A DNA stretch of 64,000 bases from NCBI GenBank assembly GCA_964016885.1, contig OZ024745.1, positions 76,384,001-76,448,000 of the forward strand, in the 5' to 3' direction. A model generated the notes under the pieces. It worked only from the letters and a program-made list of their open reading frames with translations, made no database searches and was not told where the DNA came from. This stretch comes from Eledone cirrhosa (taxonomy: Eukaryota). Of the stretch, positions 52,446 to 64,000 are shown piece after piece (position 1 is the stretch's first letter; the number at the start of each line of letters is the position of its first letter). The position numbers and the translations under genes are program-made.

Positions 52446-54435
52446 CACCGTGTAACAAACATTTTTTTATTCTCTGTTCCTGGCTTGTAATCAGTCTTTT
52501 TGTGTTGCTTAGGTCCCAAATAAATAAAAAAGTGCTATTAAACAGTTAAACGTTTGGGTTTGTAAAAATTCTAAGCTATTCACTAGAATTATTTGTATGC
52601 TGGATTTTACGTTGCATGTAAGTTTAATTTGCTTATGTTAAATGATTTTTAAAATATATGTTTCAGGTTAAATTAAAATTATAAATAAAGAGTAATACCT
52701 AAAGAAAATTATAAAAGTGCAGCAAAGTATAAAATTGTTAAAAAGTGGATTAAAGAGATTTATTGATACTGGATTTTCGCACCCTGAATAAAGGGTAAGT
52801 TGTGTTTTAAGCACGAATTTTCATTAGTATGATTAGTGTTCTTTTATATTATTTAAATATGTATTTCCCTTTCCGATATTTATTTTGTATTGCATATCAA
52901 ATTTATTTTCCAAGACAAGTATTCTGATGAAGAGGAGGATATGGATGCTGAGGACTTGGATTACCTGCATGAGGTACCAGAAAAAGTTACTCACTTCCCA
53001 AACCAAAAAGAAGTCAATGACTTGGTCAGGGATATGGGTCTGACCAAGTCCAATGCAGAGCTATTCGTCTCCAGGATGAAGCAGTGGAACTTGGTCAAGG
53101 AAGAAGTACAGGTGACAAGTCAGAGAAGTCGACACGAACCTTTCTCAGGCTTTTACACTCTTAGGGATGGCCTCTGCTTCTGCCATGACGTGCCTGGACT
53201 GTTTGACGTTATTGGGGTGCCGTTTGTGCCCAAGGAATGGCGGCTATTTATAGACAGCTCCACCACAAGTTTGAAGGCTATCCTTCTCCACAATGGAAAC
53301 AAGTTCCCGACACTGCCCCTAGCTCATTAAGTCTACCTGAAGGATGATTACTACAGTGTGAAAGTCCTCTTGGAAACTCTGCAATACAACCAGTATAATT
53401 GGGAAATCATTGGAGAATTCAAGATGGTGGCTTTCCTGCTTGGACTCCAAGGAGGCTTTATCAAATTCCAATGCTTCCTCTGCCTCTGGGACAGTAGAGC
53501 CACCTCTGACCACTACAAAAGAAAGAACTGGGAGCAGCGAACAGAATTTGTAGTTGGGACCCGGAACGTCATGTGGGAGCCACTGGTAGATCCCAGGATT
53601 GTGCTCATGCCGCCACTGCACATTAAGTTGGGGTTGATGAAGCAGTTTGTGAAGGCTCTCAACCAAGAATCAGCCGCTTTTAAGTACCTTCTTGAGTTCT
53701 TCCCCAAGTTATCTGAGGCATAAATCAAAGGTAGAATTTTTGTTGGACCTCAGATAAAGAAGGTGTTTGAGTCTACCGAGTTCTCCAATAAGCTCAATAG
53801 GATTGAGAGAACAGCATGGAACTGTTTTAAGGCAGTTGTTAAGGGCTTCCTGGGCAACTACAGAGCTGAAAACTACCAGCAACTGGTGCAGGATCTGATA
53901 AAGGCTTCTGGTGCCATGGGATGCAGGATGTCGCTTAAACTCCATATGCTGGACACTCACCTGGAAAAATTCAAGGAAATTTGGGCGCCTACTCAGAAGA
54001 ACAAGGCGAACAATTCCATCAATATGTGAAAGAGATAGAGCGGAGATACCAGGGCCACTACAATGAAAAAATGATGGGGGACTATATCTGGGAGCTAGTG
54101 TGGGAATGCGACCTGGACTACAATCGCAAATCCAGGAAATCCAGTCATTTCTGACGTGTATAAGTTGCTGTATAAGTGTTATTTGTTTTTACTTGTTTGC
54201 TTTTGATAAGCTTGTGTAATAAAATAAATATATACTCTGTTGATTTAATTATATGAACTGATACATTTTTAGAAAATGTGTTTTTTCTTGAAAAATATGA
54301 AAATTTCGAAATATCAAACTCCTTACCACAAACCCAAACTTCTGATTAAATAATAGTGTTTTTTTTATAATAATGGGATATAACAAACCATGAAATGACA
54401 CTTAGGACCGGGGAACAAAAAGTATGTTACACGTC
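52446..54435 (+). mobile_element. Chapaev3-like element copy 3 (longest, both ends, candidate intron 52795-52914)
   Basis: CACCGTGTAAC left end; MPPLHIKLGLMKQFVKA; GTAAGT...TTTTCCAAG intron-like segment absent from other copies. Confidence 0.82.
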
Positions 54436-55219
54436 TAATTATTAGACGTAAATTTGCCTTGGTAAGCAGTTTCTTTAGGTTGGGTGCTTGGCGTCTACTA
54501 TATATAATTTGTGCGCCTTTCATGAGTGCATTCATCTTAGGGGACTGCTGGAGAATCGAGAGATATTGTTTGGCAGCTTTCACAATGTTGAAGTTCCTTG
54601 GATTGTGAGTGATGACAAAAGGGATAACTGTTTTTTACATTCTATTTTGTTGCTTTGTTTTTCTCAGTGTTGTCACTGGAATGTTCTGGGCTTTGGAGAT
54701 GGTTGTGTTGATGAGGTTCACCGGATATTCTTGTCTTTTAAGGGACTCTTTTAATTCATATAATCTTTTTTCCTGTAGTGTGGGGTGTGTTACTATGGTG
54801 CAGATGCGTCTTGCCATGTTAAAAGGAATGTTCCTTTTGGTATGTGATGGGTGTGCTGAACGGAAATTTAAGTATTGGTGTGTGTCTGTTGGTTTGTAAA
54901 ATAAGTCCGTTTTGATATTTTCCCTTTCCTTAATGATAAGGATATCCAGAAACGGTAGTTCCTTTTTATTACATTCCATGGTGAATTTTATTTCTTTGTA
55001 AAGATTGTTTATGATGGAATGGAATCTTTGCAGGTCTTCTTGGCTTCTATTCCAGAAGATGAAGCAGTCGCCTAGGTAGCGTTTCCAGTTGTGATTAATG
55101 TAGGTGGCGAAGTCATGACTGAATGTTTCCTGCAGTTAGGAATGTAATTTTGCCTCTAGGTGGCCCATAACGAGTGTTGCATATGTTAGGGCCACTTTGG
55201 TGCCCATGGCCGTTCCTTT

Positions 55220-55220
<1 letters not shown>
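54436..55220 (-). mobile_element. Penelope-like element RT/thumb half (continues at 40988)
   Basis: GTAMGTK..YA.LVMG, WKRYLGD, LPFLDI, YKPTDTHQYL, HPSHTKRNIP, RRQAPNLKKLL. Confidence 0.88.
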
Positions 55221-55253
<33 letters not shown>

Positions 55254-55394
55254 CATAATAATAATACTATTTATAGTTATGTATATAGTATAAACAACTA
55301 TAAACAGGAAAGGTCATTAATTTCCTACTACCTTATTACCAGTAAGAGAAATAGCTCAATGTAAGAACATCAGTTGTTTTACAGAGCAGGAAAA

Positions 55395-55722
55395 TAAATA
55401 AATTAGACAATTATCAAGGTTGTGTTCAAATCATTTAATAGCTGACAATCGTTTCTTCCAAACTCTCATTTGAGGTCATCGGAGCATTATCAATGTGTGT
55501 ACATGTAATTAACCTCCTATTCAACTGAACAATAATATAGATACATATATATTGATGTTGTGAGCAACAGTTTCGTATTTACAGGGTGGAATGGATGTGA
55601 CATATTTTACGAGAATTGTACAAAAATTCAAATTCAAATTAAAAGCCCAGAGTGGAATACATGCAACAGATAATACAAGAGAATAGTCTAATAATTAAAT
55701 AGGCATTGAGAAAGAAGCTTTG
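55395..55722 (-). repeat. Inverted copy of 56951-57285 (probable Penelope pseudo-LTR)
   Basis: Reverse-complement match over ~330 bp; contains hammerhead-like motif 55441-55485. Confidence 0.75.
55441..55485 (-). ncRNA. Hammerhead-like motif with CCGAUGA core
   Basis: gct CCGATGA cctcaaat-gaga-gtttggaa GAAAC gatt GTC agc; plus-strand paralogues at ~41318, 45544, 49856, 57190 carry extra core mutations. Confidence 0.45.
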
Positions 55723-55756
55723 AGAATATGTAGAGACATTTAATGTAATATGTAAT

Positions 55757-56140
55757 AATTGTTTCTACTTTAGGCACAAGGCCAGCAATTACCCAGTGCA
55801 TTACTGGTACTTTATTTTATCGACCCCGTAAGGATGAAAGGCAAAGTCAACCTCGGCGGGATTTGAACTCAGATCATAAAGGGACGTAACTATGCTGGAA
55901 AGCATGGTGTCCGACCCTCTACTGATACTGCCAATCCACCGCCCTTGTATAATTGTTTCTACTTTAGGCACAAGGCCAGCAATTACCCAGTACATTACTG
56001 GTACTTTATTTTATCGACCCCGTAAGGATGAAAGGCAAAGTTAACCTCGGCGGGATTTGAACTCAGACTGTAAAGGGACGTAACTATTCTAGAAATCATG
56101 GCGCCCACCCCTCTACCGATACTGCCATTTCCCCGCCCTC
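55757..56140 (-). mobile_element. Two tandem SINE family A copies
   Basis: Consensus matches; pair flanked by direct repeat AATGTAATATGTAATAAT. Confidence 0.88.
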
Positions 56141-57289
56141 AATGTAATATGTAATAATAAACTATATATACATTTATATAATTAAATTAATAACATGTAT
56201 ATAAGGATCTACCTTTAACACAATATAATAATAATAAAGTATATATACATTTATAATTAAATATATAATGTAATAGCATTGTATATAAGGATTAATTTTT
56301 AACCAATAACTTATATTATTACACAAATGATATATCTATTTGGACATATAAACAACTATACAATTGTCCATAACATATATCTTATCCAGTAATGAATAGA
56401 TAACAATCTAAAGGGACCTTTAATGTATTATAATAAAATACACTGTATTTAAAATCAAGTATAAATGTATAGCATTATGTAATAGAGATTCAACTGTATC
56501 ACATTATAATGTGTATTAGAGCAAAGATTTTGAATAACTGAATTTAATTAACTAGTTACCTCCCCTTACTCACTTCCGGAAATTAACCGTTGGAAAACCT
56601 ACCTGTTGAACAACTATAGTCCATGAATAAGAATACAATAAGACTAATTTACAATCCATTGCTTTAACTAACTTAAAACACTCAATATAAACATTAACTA
56701 AAATATAATTCAACATATGTAATGGAAGAGACTGCAATAACTTTGTTCTTCTCAACACACACAAATTCAAACACTATCAACATACTACGTCCACCATAGA
56801 TTTTAATACATTACATATTTGCTTAAAATACGGTATTTATTTATCTATATATGCATAATAACTTTGCTTATTTGCTTCTCATATATATGACTAACGCATG
56901 TGCACTTTCTACACGACTGCATATGTATTGCTAATGTACTATTTCTTTCTCAAAGCTCCTTTCTCAATGCCTCTTTAATTATTAGACTATTCTCTTGTAT
57001 TATCTGTTGCATGTATTCCACTCTGTGCTTTTAATTTGAATTTGAATTTTTGTACAATTCTCGTAAAATATATGTCACATCCATTCCACCGTGTAAATAC
57101 GAAACTGTTGCTCACAACATCAATATATATGTATCTATATTATTGTTCAGTTGAATAGGAGGTTAATTACATGTACAAACATTGATAATGCTCCGATGCC
57201 ACCAAATGAGAGTTTGGAAGAAACGATTGTCAGCTATTAAATGATTTGAAAACAACCTTGATAATTGTCTAATTTATTTATTTATTTAT

Positions 57290-57388
<99 letters not shown>

Positions 57389-58382
57389 AGGAGGGTATCC
57401 CAAATGTCATCGGGAAATAACCACAGCAAAATAAGGTGCTCAATACATTAGTAAAGAATAAGTATATTTATTTCTCTCTCTCCGCCAGTCTATAATCTAT
57501 ACACTAACACAACAGATGACACACGTATTCAAACAGATCTCCTTCAAATATTATGGTTATAGTGGACAATATATGAAAACATATCCATGAATAGAAAGCC
57601 TTTGATCATACGTCTGCGCAATAACGGCTTACCTGAAGCCAAACAATATCAACAAATATCATTTTATTAGAAATTCTGTATTTATATGGAAACGATTGGA
57701 TGTCAATAGTAATGCTCCAAGTATATTTGATGCTATTTTTAACAACTCTTATTTATTCCGTCGGTTTTAATTTGCAAATATTTGTGGTAGAATGGTAAAT
57801 ACTCCAACATTTCTTATTTGATTTAATTGTAGGTGTTATTGTTTACGTTGTCATTATTAATCGTTGTCATAACTTTGCCTTTCATCCTTCCGGGGTCGAT
57901 AGAATAAAGTACCAGTAATGCATCGGGTAATTGCTGGCCTTGTGCCTAAAGTAGAAACAATTATTAATAGGGGGCGGTAGATTAGCAGTATCAGTAGAGT
58001 GCCGGACACCATGCTTTGTAGCATAGCGTTATGGCCTTTAACCTTCTGAGTTCATATTTAGTTACTAACGTTTCTTTAAATTTTGAGTTCAATTCCACAA
58101 TAGTTGACTTGCCCTTCACTGGTGGTCGGTAAATATATATCGACTGTTCCATGTCTGAAATTGCGCTAATGCTAGAAATCCTCCTTATTGGAATATATGA
58201 GAAGATATGGTTTATAGAAGTAGTAAAACACCGGATATTATTACTGTAAATAATACTTTGGGGACTTCGCCCGCATGAAAAGCAACAGCTACTCAAATAT
58301 TAAGCTAGTTAATGAGAAGAACAATAAAAACTCAACGAGATATACTTAAGCATTAAACAAAAACAATGTATGTCAATTACTA

Positions 58383-58570
58383 GTGAATTGGCAGTATCGG
58401 TAGAGGATCGGACGCCATGCTTTGCAACATAGATTTACGGCCCTTCATGATCTGAGTTCAATCCCGCCGAGGTTGACTTTGCCTTTCATCCTTACGGGGT
58501 CGATAAAATAAAGTACCAGTAATGTACTGGGTAATTTGCTGGCCTTGTGCCAATAGTAGAAACAATTATT
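58383..58570 (+). mobile_element. SINE family A present only in the fourth unit copy
   Basis: Absent at the orthologous positions ~42445, 46670, 50982. Confidence 0.88.
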
Positions 58571-59817
58571 TTCAGTTCCAAAAATGCTTCGGAATTATTG
58601 TAGGTTTCATTGCGCTTAAGTAAAATTTACAAGAATTCACATTTTTGCGGAGCTAGAATCGCGTTTGGATTGACTTTCTCTTTTATCCGACTATATATCT
58701 ATTGCCGGCACTACCTCGTCTTATTTTCAAGCACAATCTATCGAGAACCATAGTAGCTTAAGTGTCCTTCCTACGTTAAGTTATGATTTGAAGAATTTCA
58801 GCTTCACGTTTTAGTAGCCGACTTCCTCATTAAGGAAAATAAATTTATTCCACATTTGAACTACTTATAATTACTTCCTGGAGCCTGTCATTCAGTACTG
58901 CTTACTGCTTATGACATTAATTTTCAGCTATGTTCTCAAGGAAGGCCACATAAGAAATGTTTCTAGTTGAATTTACACCGCAGTTAATTTTGCCTTTTGT
59001 GGCACTGCAGTCGCTAAAGTAAGTGTAAATCAGGTACGAAAGTCGGTTTAATCGCAACAAATTTCTGGATCTTATGACACTGAAATAAAATCATTGCTAT
59101 TTGCCATATTACATCGCAAAAGATTGTACATCTAACTACTGATATTACATTCTGGTAACTACATCAATTTAACTCACATGACTTCAGTTGAATATATCTA
59201 CCAGAATATGTAGACGGGGTGCAAGTGAGAGATGTTAACCTACAAATATTCTTTATGATGGAATAAAATATTTCATGGTAAAACAATATTTAATGTTCCC
59301 ATTTCACATATATGAACACTGTTCTTGATAAAGGAATAGACGTTGTCATACATTCTCACTAACAGGAAGCTTTTACTCGAAAACAGTAAGCTTATTTCTA
59401 CATTCTCTCACTTAATAGTTTAAGCAAGTATACACTCACACATGCGTAATACAATTGTGATCCTTGCTTGAAAGAATGAAAAGTAAAACAGCAGATCTTG
59501 AATTGTAGCAGTGATTTCATAAACATTCTTCAGCTGGAATATGAGACTTAATTATTAATAGCAATTGAGTGATAAATCGGCACGTTATGTTGAATTCAAG
59601 TTTATGATTTATAGAGGGAGAGATAGATAGATAGATATATAGATAGAGAGATAGATAGAGAGAGAGAGAGATAGATAGATAGAGAGAGAGAGATAGAGGG
59701 AGAGAGAGAGAGACAGCGGAATGTTGAAAATATTTACGGTCTCTGAGATTTAAAATCTGCATTTTAATGACAGGTTTTTGAAAGAACTAGCTTGATTTAT
59801 AATCATAGTTCACATTA

Positions 59818-61916
59818 CCGTATATACTCGCGTATAGGTCGCTCCGGCAGATAGGTCGCATAACCACTTTTCATTTAACAAATAGGCTATTTGCTATTGA
59901 CTCGCAGATAGGTCGCACTGAAATTTGGGCCGTGAAACTACTATTTTTTATGATAATTGAAACTAATAACACCGTGTAACAAATATTTTTTTATTCTCTG
60001 TTCCTGGCTTGTAATCACTTTTTTGTGTTGCTTAGGTCCCAAATAAATAAAAAAGTGCTATTAAACAGTTAAAAGTTTGGGTTTGTTAAAATTCTAAGCT
60101 ATTCACTAGAATTATTTGTATGCTGGATTTTACGTTGTATGTAAGTTGCTTATGTTAAATGATTTTTAAAATATATGTTTCAGGTTAAATTAAAATTATA
60201 AATAAAGAGTAATACCTAAAGAAAATTATAAAAGTGCAATAAAGTATAAAATTGTTAAAAAGTGGATTAAAGAGATTTATTGATACTAGGGTACCAGAAA
60301 AAGTTCCTCACTTCCCAAACCAAAAAGAAGTCAATGACTTGGTCAGGGATATGGGTCTGACCAAGTCCAATGCAGAGCTATTCGTCTCCAGGATGAAGCA
60401 GTGGAATTTGGTCAAGATGGAAGTGCAGGTGACAAGTCAGAGAAGTCGACACGAACCTTTCTCAGTCTTTTACACTCTTAGGGATGGCCTCTGCTTCTGC
60501 CATGACGTGCCTGGACTGTTTGACGTTATTGGGGTGCTGTTTGTGCCCAAGGAATGGCGGCTATTTATAGACAGCTCCACCACAAGTTTGAAAGCTGTCC
60601 TCCTCCACAATGGAAACAAGTTCGCGACACTGCCTCTAGCTCATTAAGTTTGCCTGAAGGAAGATTACTACAGTGTGAAAGTCCTCTTGGAAGCTCTGCA
60701 ATACAACCATTATAATTGGGAAATCATTGGAGACTTCAAGATGGTGGCTTTCTTGCTTGGACTCCAAGGAGGCTTTATCAAATTCCAATGCTTCCTCTGC
60801 CTTTGGGACAGCAGAGCCACCTCTGACCACTACAAAAGAAAGAACTGGGAGCAGCGAACAGAATTTGTAGTTGGGACCCGGAACGTCATGTGGGAGCCAC
60901 TGGTTGATCCCAGGATTGTGCTCATGCCGCCACTGCACATTAAGTTGGGGTTGATGAAGCAGTTTGTGAAGGCTCTCAACCAAGAATCAGCCGCTTTGAA
61001 GTACCTTCTTGAGTTCTCCCCCAAGTTATCTGAGGCATAAATCAAAGGTAGAATCTTTGTTGGACCTCAGATAAAGAAGGTGTTTGAGTCTACCGAGTTA
61101 TCCAATAAGCTCAATAGGATTGAGAGAACAGCATGGAACTGTTTCAAGGCAGCTGTTAAGGGCTTCCTGGGCAACTACAGAGCTGAAAACTACAAGCAAC
61201 TGGTGCAGGATCTGATAAAGGCTTTTGGCGCCATGGGATGCAGGATGTCGCTTAAACTCCATATGCTGGACACTCACCTGAAAAAATTCAAGGAAATTTG
61301 GGCGCCTACTCAGAAGAACAAGGCGAACGATTCCATCAATATGTGAAAGAGATAGAGCGGAGATACCAGGGCCACTACAATGAAAAAATGATGGGGGACT
61401 ATATCTGGGAGCTAGTGTGGGAATGCGACCTGGACTACAACCGCAAATCCAGGAAATCCACTCATTTCTGACGTGTATAAGTTGCTTTATAAGTGTTATT
61501 TGTTTTTACTTGTTTGCTTTTGATAAGCTTGTGTAATAAAATAAATATATGCTCTGTTGATTTAATTATATGAACTGATACAGTTTTAGAAAATGTGTTT
61601 CTTCTTGAAAAATATGAAAATTTCGAAATATCAAACTCCTGACCACAAACTCAAACTTCTGATTAAATAATAGTGTTTTTTTAAAAATAATAATGGGATA
61701 TAAAAAACCAGTAAATGACACTTAGAACCGGGGAAGAAAAAAATGTTACACGGTGTAATACAAAATATTAACAAAGTTATTTTTATAAATACCCATCGTT
61801 GATTAAGTCTATGAAAAATCATTGGTCAGTCTGATGTCGATCGGATAGGTCGCACCCCAAAAATTTATACTTATTTATCGTTAAAAAAGTGCGACATATA
61901 CGCGAGTATATACGGG
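59818..61916. mobile_element. Tc2/pogo-like non-autonomous element (TA target), host of the Chapaev3-like insertion
   Basis: TA|CCGTATATACTCGCGTATAGGTCGC ... GCGACATATACGCGAGTATATACGG(G)|TA; left halves only at 43678, 47989, 52294. Confidence 0.8.
59970..61755 (+). mobile_element. Chapaev3-like DNA transposon copy 4, both TIRs and TAA TSD
   Basis: TAA|CACCGTGTAACA ... TGTTACACGGTG|TAA; CAC/GTG termini with 3-bp TWA duplication; transposase pseudogene 60290-61471. Confidence 0.88.
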
Positions 61917-62244
61917 TACGTTGCTCACTCTGTGCCTTGCTAAAATAATGATAATGTAGCCCTGTGCTCTGGGAAGCGATGTTGAAACGAGTTATTATAG
62001 TGATGAAGTAACGAGATTTAAGCATTTCACAGAGACATTGGAAGCTTTTGCATAGCTATACAACTCGTTCTCTCTATTAAGCATCCCTTTTATTTATATG
62101 GCTTTTTCCACGGACACACAATTACTGCTCTCTCAGATTATTATACGGCAAGAATAGGAATAGAAAGAGGGAAAATGTTTGTATTAAGTACCCCGTAGGC
62201 GACAAATTAGAACATCGAAGTGAATGCTTTGCATTATTAATTCC

Positions 62245-62580
62245 GGCGGTGGATTGGCAGTATCGGTAGAGGGTCGGACGCCATGCTTTCCAGCATAGTT
62301 ACGTCCCTTTATGATCTGAGTTCAAATCCCGCCGAGGTTGACTTTGCCTTTCATCCTTACGGGGTCGATAAAATAAAGTACCAGTAATGCACTGGGTGAT
62401 TGCTGGACTTGTGCCTAAAGTAGAAACAATTATTAATTCCGGCTCTCTGTGCTCAGAGTTCAAATCTCATCGAGGTCAGCTTTGCTTTTCATCCTTTCAA
62501 GATCGATAATTAGAATACCAAACAAGAATTGGGTCGATTCTTCCTCTTTATCATTTTCCCTCTTTCTCGCTCTTACTCTC
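62245..62580 (+). mobile_element. SINE family A inserted into an older diverged SINE
   Basis: Young copy 62245-62432 flanked by ATTATTAATTCCGGC; diverged GAGTTCAAATCTC..CTTTTCATCC follows. Confidence 0.8.
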
Positions 62581-63029
62581 TCTTTCACTGGAATGGGCTC
62601 CCCCAAATATCACTACAACACCCCTACGACTCATTTAGGAGTTCAGAGCTAGGAGAATATCTAGTAGCGCGTGCATATTGTTTTTTTCTTTTATCACAGT
62701 ACTTGAAAATTTGAACTTAATTCAGTACTAACTTTACGGGTCCTGAATGTTCCGCGGATCCCAGGTTAGGACACATCGCCCTTTTTGAGATAAAGTTCTA
62801 CTACACGAAGAAATTTACAAAATGGGCCATTGGAATATCCATAATATCATATATTATTGTGGAATTTCCATCATATATTATTTTTTCTGTTGTAATTGTT
62901 TACAATTCTGAAGTGTTTTCGAACGAAAATTATGTCTACCTTTATGTTGTGTCCATTGAAATGATGAAATCTGGGACTTTCAGGGAAATTTTGTCCAGTT
63001 AATGAAGAAGAAGAAGAAGAAGAAGAAGA

Positions 63030-63121
<92 letters not shown>

Positions 63122-63335
63122 ACACACACACATAAATAAATAAATATATATATATATAAATCTAAGTTTTTCGAATATTAGTAATAATATTCGATTCGTT
63201 TGCAATTATTCAAAAAACCTTTTAAGCAGTGTCAGTAGGATGACCTCGTCATTCTTGCTTTTGTATTCAGCCATGTAGAGCGATAAAACCATTTCTTAGC
63301 TATTATATATATATATATATATATAAAATTTAAAA

Positions 63336-63365
<30 letters not shown>

Positions 63366-63366
<1 letters not shown>

Positions 63367-63485
63367 GGAACAAGTATGACCCCGACTGCAGAGCTCAAGC
63401 CGTTTCGACGGCTAATTATACTACCCTAAGTATTGAGTACTTTGGTGCGTTATGGTCCATCTGGTTCCTAACCACATTTCTTTCG

Positions 63486-63488
<3 letters not shown>
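63366..63488. mobile_element. Miniature Penelope-like terminus with internal inversion
   Basis: 63366-63416 matches 37995-38045 directly; 63419-63488 is the reverse complement of 37914-37983; (TA)n both sides. Confidence 0.7.
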
Positions 63489-63529
<41 letters not shown>

Positions 63530-63713
63530 TAAATTAAAGAACGGAGTTAAAGACTCACATTAGCACACGGTTGGTTAGTACACTTTAATATATTCTTTTA
63601 ATTGATTTGTATTCACCTATTGCTTCCGTAGTTAATATGTTCGGTCTCTCTGGTGGTTTTTGATGCCCTATGATTGAACACATATCTCTATGTGTACTTT
63701 TCTCTATATGCTG

Positions 63714-63780
<67 letters not shown>

Positions 63781-63784
<4 letters not shown>

Positions 63785-64000
63785 CGAAACATAAGTCAAT
63801 TGCATGAACTCATAATCCTTTATTTACTGCTATATGTATTTCGATGATAGCCATTGAATGGCTATGACCTCATCAGGCAGTTAGTCAGTTCTTAGATATG
63901 CCAGCTCTGTGTTTATAGTGTTGATGGTATCAGAGCCTTGGGACATATGAGCTTGTTAGGAATAATTTAATGTTGTCAGCAGGAATAGTCTTGATTCTCA
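63781..64000 (-). mobile_element. Second copy of Penelope-like 3' end (runs off window)
   Basis: Near-identical to 24494-24713, again abutting (TA)n. Confidence 0.9.
63826..63881 (-). ncRNA. Minimal type I hammerhead ribozyme (copy of 24539-24594)
   Basis: Same core and stems; one mismatch introduced in stem II. Confidence 0.75.

Larger units (their letters stand above)
40989..54435 (+). mobile_element. Composite block bounded by Chapaev3-like inverted termini, containing three ~4.3 kb tandem units
   Basis: Left GACCGTGTAAC, right GTTACACGTC; units ~41135-45305, 45306-49617, 49618-54435 (period 4312 bp between junctions). Confidence 0.8.
56951..61755 (+). repeat. Fourth (donor-like) copy of the 4.3 kb unit
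   Basis: Collinear with units 2/3; has unique extra SINE at 58383-58570 and continues into unique flanks both sides. Confidence 0.9.

Overview
Eukaryotic, AT-rich, repeat-saturated animal DNA. The SINE families, (TA)n/(CA)n/(GA)n load and LINE types resemble an octopod cephalopod genome (inference from recalled repeat sequences, not a database result). No intact host gene could be supported; most listed ORFs are translated microsatellites or antisense shadows. Main contents: (1) a ~6 kb decayed Helentron/Helitron2-type Rep-PIF1 helicase gene (12470-18240) whose N-terminal ORF has a 2A-like GCVELNPGP motif and two coding minisatellites, followed by a small GC-rich cassette between ~100 bp inverted repeats; (2) arrays of non-autonomous Helitrons, including two perfect CTAG-to-CTAG palindromic termini; (3) several Penelope-like elements (one 683-aa RT+GIY-YIG ORF with an inverted 5' segment) and several hammerhead-ribozyme motifs; (4) a 13.4 kb block (40989-54435) bounded by Chapaev3-like termini, made of three ~4.3 kb tandem copies of neighbouring DNA and splitting a Penelope ORF in two, with the apparent donor (Chapaev3-like element nested in a Tc2-like MITE) at 56951-61916; (5) many tRNA-derived SINEs and RTE, R4/Dong and Tx1 LINE fragments. 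All coordinates were read by eye and boundaries of decayed elements are approximate.
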